Shown here: in pieces, positions 53,782 to 64,000 of the stretch
How the letters are laid out: each line of letters begins with the position of its first letter
Position numbering within the stretch: the stretch's first letter is position 1
Assembly (NCBI GenBank): GCA_965285935.1
Contig: OZ260665.1
Span: 40,672,001 to 40,736,000, forward strand
Source of the DNA: Ophelia neglecta
Lineage: Eukaryota
Direction of reading: 5' to 3'
Length of the DNA: 64,000 nucleotides
Made by a program: the position numbers and the translations under genes
The notes under the pieces: model-generated
Database searches by the model: none
Told to the model about the DNA's origin: nothing
What the model saw: only the letters and a program-made list of their open reading frames with translations

Positions 53782-56700
53782 ATACATATATTACAGTTTT
53801 ACTCACTGGGGCTAAACGTTACATGTACGAACCTTAACCCAAGGGACTTTTTAATTCCTCCATTTGTAAGGCTTCTTCAATAAATCATGGGATCTAACGG
53901 CCAATATAAAATTGAGTAATAAAATATGTCTCCTCACAAAGTGATGCCAAACCATTGTCAAGGTTTCTGGTGTCCACTTTTTGGGAAGTGAATTCTTCTA
54001 TTGCTTTTTCGCTTATTAAATAAAAAATATTTGATGCCATCACAGTGATGCCTCAAAAGATGTAAATTACATTATATGTTAACAAGAAATGAAAAAGAGC
54101 ACTATTTTTCAGTGCAATAAATGAGAACAATATAAATGAAACGTCTTTTAATGCCTCGCAACTCCTCATCCTTGACCTTTAAATAGCCTCAATATCCAGT
54201 ACCATCTTCACTCTACACTCCACCCCATTCACCTGCCTATTAAACCCCCCCCCCCCCCCCCAACCATTACCTTAGTTTCGATCGCCTTTAAGTGACAAGC
54301 CGCAATATTATACGGCTCTTTCCAATCTGGACGCTTTGGCTAAAAACAGACCCTGGCGCAATAGCAGTTGGTTTATATTTTAAGTTTTAATAAATAATCC
54401 ACAGATGAAGGACCAGCTTAGATAGTTTCATGGTAAGATCATCTGACAATTTATTTTAACTGTTCAAAATATGTTTATAATTTGTCACAAACGTCTCATC
54501 GGCGTCTCATCTAAATATGAAAACACGAACCGTAATAGTCATATTCTGCATGAACATATAAACTTCCTTTTGAATTCAGGGTTCTCTCTGAATTATCTTT
54601 ATATTCGATAAACCCTCACCTTGCCCCTCATTCTATGCAATTAATCGCACCAGGTGGCAAAGACCTCTCGGATTTCTGACGGGTATCTCTTGGTCAGTAA
54701 GAGTCAATGTGCATTCAGGGCCTAGATCTAGAGATAGGACAATAGCTTTCTCATAAAGCTATGTTGACTTTGTGCAGTTAGCAGCTACACGATCTCTCCG
54801 ACAACTGCTCCGTTTTTGTTTTGTCTTTTGGCTGCCTGGATGGGCCCAACCTAATCACGAATCTCGTGTGTTCTGGCCTTAATTACACGGAGCTCGGCTG
54901 TGAATTACGGACCTGCCATGATAGTTAATGTTCTTCTCTGTACGCCTCTTTCGAGCTAGGTTTTAACACACCACGTTATTACAGGACACCGCCACTTCCG
55001 GATGATTAGATGACTCACCGACAGTCTTCCGGTACACAGCCAACTTGTCACTTTGCAACTCATTTTCGCTTTTTTAAATCAATGAAATTTACACTTTGTT
55101 TTCACCAAAAAATGAGAGTATTTAAGCCTAATGGAAGAGAATAAGACTTGGTAAGTACTCGGGCACACAGTGCAAGAAGCAAATCCCAATGGCGAAAGGA
55201 AGTAGGCAGACCAACTTTCACGCATTTTGCAGTAGACATACGCATTTCTGTTCCATCTTATACGGCCATACAGGCCTAACTACCAAACTTGGCCTGTCCC
55301 ACGCATCCGTTATATTTGTCTGCATTATACGAACAAAATACACTGTTCGCGTAAAAATAAGTGGTCCCATTTTTATCGCCCATTTCAGTCGATTAAATAA
55401 GCACCAGAGATCCGTAATAAAACATTAACTAATAAACCGGAACTAAAGCCCTCCGTGGGATGTGGACATCCATCGAAAGTTTCATGAACGTACCAGGGCA
55501 TTGGCATGATTATCAGACACATAAATGATTTGTTATTGCTAAACCAGATATGAAGGCTGCAATTTACCAGTTCCGTACTAAGCAAGCGACCACTTTGGGT
55601 CGTGGGCCATATATCACAGGCCTATAGGCCTATCCCAAAAACCTATTACCATGACTCCTTAATTTTTATTACTACAACCGCCCTGGAATGGAATAACCTC
55701 GCTTTGGGGGAACGTAATATTAAAAAACCTTTGGCATTAAAAGAAACATTCGCTCCGAGTAAGGAGATAGTATTCTAGCGTTTTAGTATTACCAGGGTAA
55801 TAGTATTACATATTACCCCGGTTCGTTACGAATTAAACTTGCTTAAATGCGACTATCAGCAAGCTCGGCAGTAAATTACGACTTTTTAACGTACAGTCTG
55901 TGGGCTCACCTCTTTGCTGCTGCGTTCGATCAGGCGTGAAACAGTTCAACCTTCCTTTCTTAACTATCCCGAATACGGCAGTTGAAGACGGATTAAATTA
56001 ATGCCATTCTTTTATGACGGAATATGGTTTAGTTGGTTGGGACTGATAGACTGCCCAGTTGATTCGGTAAATGGGGACACCCCTGGAAACATTCGTTTCC
56101 GGTTTTGGTAGATTTCGACCGTTTTTTTCGCATGGCAGAAAATACAAAACTTTCAATCCCACCAACTCAGTTGGTTTACTAAAGATGACACAAGTGAAGT
56201 ATTTTTTACTGGAATACACTCTTCGACCGAGACCGGTCCAAAAATGTACTATGTGCCAATTTAATCATAATGGATGAATTTGAGACGCGCCTTTCGATTA
56301 GTGGGTTGAGTCATGTGACATTTTCGTTCGTCCAGGACTCCATCTGAGATATTCGGCAACTCTTACCCACAGGATGCGGGGGTAATGCACCAGAGCAGCT
56401 CTCCATGAGAGTGACTTAATGGGGAAAAGAGGTTCCCAAAAGTTATACGACTCACACCGTCTTTTTACAAGCAATAACTCGCACGTGAAAGATATAGGTT
56501 TGATATAATGACAAAGGAAAATAAGAAATGATCCCAGGCTACATCCACGCAAAATTCTGCAGCTCCGAACAGGAAATGGGCTGGAAATTTCTTATATCCC
56601 CCCCCCCCAAAAAAAAATGTAACAGCAAATGTTTCATACGTAAATGAATTCCACCACCTTGGAAGATCTGCCTAGTTCTTTGTTTAAGAAAAAGTACTAG

Positions 56701-57074
56701 TACTTGGGTGGAGCAGAAGATTGAAGGAAGCCTTTTATGTTTCTTTACGTGGTAGATCGTATATAGTAAATGTCTGTAGTAAGAATTCTTGTCGCCCACG
56801 CTGTACTCGGATGGAATTGAAATCCATGTTAACAACGTATAGGCTAATTTGCTAATTTGTATTTCATTCCCTCAGCTTGCCAATTATTAAAGTGATTAAT
56901 CATCATGGTACCAGAATTGTCTAATTCCATTTATACATAATGCACTGAATAGCACTGTTGCCCACGGTGCTATACATATTTCTTATCAGACAACCAATAG
57001 ATAGTGTGACTTGATTTGAATCCAGCCGAAGTCGACAAACTTGGATTCGCCTAATATTCTAGAGAAATCTTCTG

Positions 57075-57170
57075 CCTGGTTGACTGCCATGTCGCAGGGA
57101 TGCCTTTGCACACGGGTAAGAAATATCTCGTGCTGACGAGAGCTTACGAGGCAAGTCTGTCCAGGGTTTT
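57075..57170 (+). mobile_element. Nin-SINE-like central/5' block remnant
   Basis: CCTGGTTGACTGCCATGT...GATGCCTTTGCACACGGGTAAGAAATATCTCGTGCTGACGAG...CTGTCCAGGG resembles the recalled Nin-SINE block upstream of the one at 47060. Confidence 0.55.
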
Positions 57171-57382
57171 AAGATTCGATTCCCTTGACCGTTTCACCCC
57201 ACCCCACGCCCATCCCATCCCACCCTCTCTTACAAATCCATTTAGTGGCGCCTAATTAAATCAGCTGTCGTGTTCCCGACTTGTTTCCGTTTCACTGCGT
57301 ACTTATCAGATTACCTTTTTTTCTAATTACACTGACGTTTAATAATTACCTAAAGGGGTTTCTATGTTAGATCACTGACCTA

Positions 57383-58015
57383 CTAGTGGACATGCTGAGG
57401 GCCGAAACAATGAGTACATCTCATATAACAAAGGTCCCATTTGGCAGAAATACTCTTCCAACCAAAGGGAACAAAACTATCAAAAAGCGACACTGCCTCG
57501 TACATTAAACGCAGTATTAGCATAAATTATGCTAATTAGCATCAAATATCTCATATTCTTTCTTTTGAGCCGTTTCACCATAAACAAGTATCAATATGGC
57601 AATCATTTCAGGATCAGGAATTTATCTAGAGGGTCACAGGGAAAAAATATCTAGAGACACTTTGTCTCTAGACATAAACGCGGTAATTAGCATAAATTAT
57701 GCTAATTAGCACCAAATATCTCATATTCTTACTTTTGAGCCGTTTCACCATAAACAAGTATCAATATGGCAATAATTTCAGGATCAGCAATTTATCTAGA
57801 GGGTCACAGGGAAAAATATCTAAAGAAACACTTTGTCTCTAGACATAAACGCGGTAATTAGCATAAATTGTGCTAATAAGGATCAAAATAAATCAAATTC
57901 GAACTTTTGAGCCGTTTCATAAACAAAAAATTGTTATGATTGGCGGCCATATCGGAGTTGAAATTTAAGATGTATATGTAGTTATTAATATTATTAGTAT
58001 TACTATTATTATCAT
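57383..58015. mobile_element. Helitron/Helentron-like non-autonomous element with ~170-bp tandem core repeats
   Basis: Units start at 57507, 57676 and 57847 (periods 169 and 171 bp; third unit partial). Left terminus ACTAGTGGACATG reads CATGTCCACTAG|T on the minus strand. A degenerate (TAT)n microsatellite lies on the right. The tandem array is certain; the superfamily is inferred. Confidence 0.7.
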
Positions 58016-60039
58016 TTCCCTCAAAGTATAGGGGCTTCAATAATACAAGTTAGTAATTAATATTTGCGAAACAACCAAGAAATAGGCTATATATTAGATG
58101 AAATGATTATACTTCACCGATTGTGTACACAACAAGGAAAAGAAAATTTATCGAATCCATGGAATAGCGAAAGTTTGTCAACAGTCAAATCCTGCTGTAC
58201 TGGATCTTTGGAAGTTTATACTTCAATCATTCAACTGTGTATCGACTGGTTATAGTCATAGAAAATCTGACAATATGGAACTTTCATGCCTCCCAGAGAA
58301 ATCCCTAAACCGGCTTAATATGATTGTGTGTGTGGACTCATAAAAGTTTCTCTTGTTATACGCACTGGTCATCCGCAAATTGATGATCTGCATCTTTCCT
58401 AGACAACTGTTTAGTGGTAATTAAAAGCATTGCTATCAAAGCTTGATTGCAAACAATTGTAATGAGATATTTACGATGGCTATACAAAGAGCCTTTGAAT
58501 TAACATTTACTGATACATAGGCCTTGTCATTAGGCTAACAGAATCACTGCAAGTGAGTAAGATAATAGACATGTAAATACAATGGACTCTACAAGTCTCT
58601 GGTTTGACTAAGTCACAGCTAACACGTTCGCATGGGATACTCATTTAGCTTTTTTCTGGCTTGTTGTTTTCTGGCACCTGTCTTAGTCAAGCACACGTGA
58701 TGTGACTAGACTATTTCTAAACCAATAAGCTGACAAAGGTGTCGCTTGGTGATCTTATGTTATTGCCAAACCCTGCAGGTAACAGCGGTAATTACCCTAC
58801 GTCCTTTGTATTGTACTCAACCCACCCGGAAACGACTCAAAACGCTCAATCCGGGAAGGAAGAAAGATCGCCCGAAGTTCACCGTGCACCTGTACAGTTC
58901 GACCTTGGCAAGCCACCGTTATCTGCAGGTCCTGGACATTTATCGAAAAACATGGAGCAGCAAGTCTATCTTTGCCTATTATTTTCCTCATAAAATACAT
59001 TCTTAATAAAAAAAGACACTATGGGGAGTGGGGGGGGGGGTGTTAATGGGAGGGGGGTCTTGGCGGGTGGAGGCAAAAGGCCCCATAGATCGACAACTGT
59101 CTTCAGTTTGTCGTCAGCGGATATAAGCTTCTTTATTCTAAGTCTGTGGGATTAGCATATCACTTAAACTCAAACAGGCAATGAATAATCACTCAAGGAT
59201 TAAATTAAGGCGTTTGTCTTCTAATTTTCCTATCTCATTTCCATCACGAAGCACATCATTATGGATGATTTGTACAGATCCCCGGAATCTTCTTCCCGGC
59301 CTGGCCAGGCAGACCATGAAATGGCCCAGTCAAACATGGCGCCTCGAATTGATATGCTTTTGAACCATGATTTTTTATTCTTAGTTTAGCACTGTCCGCC
59401 TGTAGTTTGATCGATCCTCAACTACTTGAGGTCTGCAGAATTTATTTCCCTTTTTATCATCGCTAGTGCAACAATGGTTGTTACCCCAGAGTTGTTGGCC
59501 ACACGCAAAAGGCACATTCTTATATTAGGACCACGGCGTCAAAAATGCGCGATCATTCATCGCAGCTCACTATATTTTTCTCCCCTCTAATTGTTATTCT
59601 CAGTGGTAGTTCTCATGCATTAATTGGTACCTTCGAAGATTAAAAAGCTCCAACTCATTGTTGAGCAGTCATGGCCAGAAGCCGAATCCATCTCCTTCTT
59701 TGTAGGCCAATACTCGATGGACAGTGGAGTGTATAAAGGTTTGTAGGGCTTCCGATATGCCTGTGGTGTTTTTTTCTTATAGAACTGATAAGTACATGTG
59801 TCACTGCATGCACGATATAGACATTTTCTATACCAACTTAGGTACAATAAGGCAAGTGTCATGAAGAAGCCACCTGCATTTTTCTATTTTGACGTCATTT
59901 ATTTCCGGAGATGATGACGACACGATTTGAAAGTGCAGGTGGTGTTCGCAGGTGTTTTTTGCAGACCCAGAATTGCCTTAATGTGCCTGAGAATGTCGTA
60001 CATCGGCGAGTGTCAGTTCGGACATAATCGGATGACATT

Positions 60040-60380
60040 TATTGGGCTTTTCGGTTCGGGAAATAAAGCATACAAATGTGGGTAGGCGTACGGAGAATTG
60101 CATGTGGATACATCATATGCGGCTGTGAGTCCACTTTACTGTAAACTTTCTTTGGATCTGCTTTAAATGTGGTTTCTTCAACATGCTTAAAGTTTTCCCA
60201 TCATGTCGCCTTGATGTGTGATAACGGTAAATGCAGATGAATCGTTCCACTGAAAGTGAATGATAGAATAATTGATAGTTAATCTTTCCGCCTTAAACAT
60301 TTGTTTGGGACATGAAGATCTACTTGGGGCAGGTCTGTATCGGAGCAGCGTCCTTGGACGATAGCTGCCTTTCAATCAGG
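60040..60380 (+). pseudogene. Possible CR1-type LINE 5' remnant (PHD finger)
   Basis: NKAYKC...ENCMWIH...LWICFKCGFFN resembles the PHD C..W.H..C...W.C.KCG.PN that precedes the endonuclease in invertebrate CR1 elements. Confidence 0.35.
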
Positions 60381-63300
60381 CACTCGTGAACGAAATTCAA
60401 ATGATAACCCTCCTTTTTTTTAGTTTCCATAATCAATTTAGTTGTTGGCATTTCTGATGATCCATCAAATTGCGTAATTTGTTATTGCAGAATAATCTGA
60501 AAAATATTGTTATGTTTAGTGTTGTCTGCCCATATCGGGGAATGTTTAAGCTAATCACTGTCAATAAGGAAATGCTATTATTAATATATTGACTGTGATT
60601 AGCTGAAAACATTCTGCGATAATATCAGCATTTTTCGCCGTTTCAGCAAATATAATAAGCACTAGCTCAGTCAAAACACAATAAGTGATCAACTGTTTTA
60701 CACTAACAATTTACCACATAGTTATATATGGAACCTTGGCCTTTTAATTCAATCAAACTTAAAACATAATCCGATTTTTAGATATCTGCTCCACCACAGT
60801 GTCAACGTCACAATTAGGCCATTAATTTAGTATAAGATAGGACTAACAGCCGTAAGAACATTATGTAACGTCTGCATCATGATTGAATCATGATGATTAT
60901 AGAGCAATATACCATCAAGCAACTGATAAACACTTCCTCCTCCTCAAGTCCCTCCCGCCGGGAGACTGTCCCCTACGGTCTGGTACATAGGCTTACTACC
61001 CCTCTCCCCCCCTCCTTGGGACCCCCCTGCCCCAGAGGGCAAATATCCACCCACACCCCACACCCCTCCATCTCGCTGAAAAATAGGTACCCTTCCAGAG
61101 AACATTATAATTCGTGGGTATAGGTTAGTACTTGGCCTTCTATTAAATTAAATTTTACTTGTGGCGGATTTTCATACAGACCGAGCCTGTTTTAAAAATA
61201 ATCATTATCCCATTTAGTAGTGAATTATATTGATAAAACCATACATGAAAACATCATGAGCTAGACAAACATTCTTCCGGTCGTTAAACATTGAACTAAA
61301 TTGCTAATTTAAAACACACATTTTTGAAATATTAGGTTCTGAATCGCTTTCTGTTTTCTTAAGACAAAAAATATTACGCCCGAGTCGACCAATCGGTTAA
61401 GTTAAATGATATCGTGTTTCTTTGTATAGTAATCACGTTGGCTTCTTCCCACCGCAGGTTCTACTCAAATAAGTAAACAGAATGAAAGGTCAATTGCTGA
61501 ACTCGTATCATCTGTCCGGTTCCCTTCCTATTCCGAAAGGTCCTCTGTGGAGGAACTGCACTCTGTTTGATTGTTTGATTACAAGTTTTACTCTAAGACG
61601 TGTTTTGTGGATGGTTCAAGTAATGAATCGGCATCGAGTTCGGTGTTGTTTGGGAAAATAGTTTATAAATTGCAGATATCAGTACAGATAAAGCCTAAGA
61701 TGTGGTTTGTTTCAAAATATATATGCCTAACGATAAGATTAATCTGGACCCAAGCTTGTTTCCCCAGCTTCATCACTTCTACCTTAAATATATTTGTGCG
61801 TGCATTAAGCACAACAGGTAGGCATATGTGACAATGTCACAAGCCAAGCCATGATGGGCGCGCTACTGCAGAATATGCGTGAATACACGACATTAATAAC
61901 GAGTCCGCTTTAAGACTCAAGAAACGGCGCCTCTCTCCACCTCGTACAAACTGTGATGAAATACACTCAATATAATTTGTTCTTAAGAATACCGGCCCAC
62001 GGCCAGTCCTTACACATAGCGGCTAGTCTATCAGGCCCACATTGTCCACTGACCAGGAGAAACCACTCATCGATATTAACGGTATTTTATCACAAGAACG
62101 AGCGCATCGCTCACTGACGCCGCTCATTACGGCGTGTTCCGACGTCAGGAAGTTCGTCGCTTCCTCTCGCACCATAGTTGTAGTCTAGCTGGATCTTTTA
62201 ATGCCCACGAAGGTCTTATAGGTCCCCACAGTGTATATATACGATTACTTTCGCTAAACGTGCGTCGTACAGCGCCAAATCTCGGAACTGTTCGAATCGA
62301 AAAGTTGGATATCCAAAAGAACTCTTTTATTTTCATTTCTTAAGTAATCTTTGGAGTTAGCGACAGACATGAATAGAGTTTAGTCCTATCAAGGATGATC
62401 GCAAGAGGAAGCTTATATACGAATCAGGTATTTAAACATGTATGTAACTATATATGAATTATAAGTCATTTTAACAGCGTGTTCCTTGCCAATTAAGACG
62501 CTTGATGCATGTGTTAAACTATGTTTGTGTTAGACGAATCTGTTACATTTATATTAACAGGATTAGTTGTCGTTTTGTACAAATCTCATTTAAAGGATGA
62601 GGTTTTCGTAGATTGAAATAAAATTATTGAGTTTTGAGTCTCTTTGGAATAACATAAACCTAATGTTTATTGCGCTGGATTCCTTAACAGTGTAATGTCA
62701 CTCGGAACTCTTGGCATAAATGACATTAAGATTAGTACGCTTTTTTATTGTGAAAGCGGATGGCATGTAGGCTATATATATATACAGAGACTAAGACACG
62801 AATCCTTAATACATAAAGCAATAGGCTGCAATGACAGCCCAAGAAATTACAACGGCTGCTACATATATTACATTTAATACAGAAATCAGAGTTACGATTT
62901 ACACCGTACCGGTGGTGGAGCTTACAACGGTGAGACACAAAGATGTCGGGCTAGAAGAGGGAATGACATGCTTAGCTGGAATAAATGTACCATATTATCT
63001 GTATGATCTATGTTTGAGTAACAACAGATTGGGGCTCCAGGCTAGGCTCTCTGAGATTGTTACATTTTTTTTTATTCTGTGGATTATTATTGCTTTGCAA
63101 TTTCTGAGCCCCTTCGAGGCACAATGAATTATCTCACTATGAGGGCCATTTCTCGCCAGAACAATTGTTTCCTGTCATAATTCTGCTCTATACATCTTCG
63201 CCTAGGGCATAAATGTATTTGTATAAAAACACGGGATTTATATTTCTACCATCTGAAGAAAAACACTTTACTGTCATTTTATTAGCCTTGGCTGAAACAA

Positions 63301-64000
63301 AGTATACCTAATGATGAAGACAAATACGAAATAACAGTTCAGGGGCTGTTTATCAATGTTACACTATGTTGGCAAATCTGGCCTGATATTATGTTTGTCA
63401 TTTTGCTGGCTAATAATGCAGCTAACCCGATTTGGGACGTGAATCACAAGGGAGAATAACATCGGCCATGGTCTAGAGAGATGCGTGTACCTGTTCTAGA
63501 GAGATGCGTAACCTGCGTTTTATCCATCCAATCTTTACCTTTTCGCCCTGGTACTGCATGGTACTGTGGGATAGGCAATATATTTTCATTATTTAATGAA
63601 AGCAATGTTACTGTGAATGCAATAAAACAACTAAACGAATACGCGGAATTATATCACCAACGGGTAAATATAACCCCCCCCCCCCACAGCCACATACACA
63701 GACAAAAACACAAAAATACACACACAAATAGGTGGCAGAAGTCATTTGATCGGTTTGTCTGTCGGACTGTCTGAGTTCGCTTCGATTTGACTTTGGAGGC
63801 CTTGACCCACTTTCAAAGGCAATGCACCATGTTAAAATCCTTAAACGCTTTGACCTGGGGGTAGATATACATATTCATTCATATTCTCTCATATTTCTAA
63901 CTCAATCAGTTTCAAAGGATTGTAACAAAATTTAAGCCAGATATCTATTATGTGTGATATAATATCGATCTACTTTGCACTGAATAGGACGGAAATATAT

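Noticed and set aside
57507-57920. CRISPR-like palindromic repeats
   Set aside because: The intervening sequences are repeated too, so there are no unique spacers; no cas genes; eukaryotic context.
58746-59006. Penelope GIY-YIG-like ORF
   Set aside because: GIY and YIG/YVG motifs are absent; resemblance too weak.
62145-62336. Gypsy integrase zinc-binding-like ORF
   Set aside because: CxxC is missing and no LTR or other pol fragments are adjacent.

Overview
This is AT-rich animal (invertebrate) genomic DNA, not prokaryotic. I see no operons, rRNA, tRNA or CRISPR. SINE remnants resembling Meta-domain and Nin-domain families point to a non-vertebrate animal such as a mollusc or other lophotrochozoan (inference from recalled consensus). 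The only intact long ORF is the 3' part of a non-LTR retrotransposon ORF (<3..2546), with an RT domain and C-terminal CCHC finger, ending in AATAAA-(CTA)n; it is RTE-X-like and probably recent. The remaining ~61 kb is intergenic or intronic DNA full of decayed mobile elements: CR1/L2, RTE-X and Tx1-like LINE fragments, an Academ-like transposase, Tc1, hAT-BED and tyrosine-recombinase remnants, MITEs (one hAT MITE has a perfect 8-bp TSD and a CTCF-like motif) and a Helitron/Helentron-like ~170-bp satellite. It also holds minisatellites, a local tandem duplication and a few isolated exon-like segments that I cannot join into a protein-coding gene. I found no well-supported novel biological system. 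The most unusual sequence-level signals are strong TAGGCCTA enrichment, two distant minus-strand exon candidates with near-identical acceptors, and weak innate-immune-domain-like remnants. Family assignments come from hand translation and recalled motifs, not database searches.
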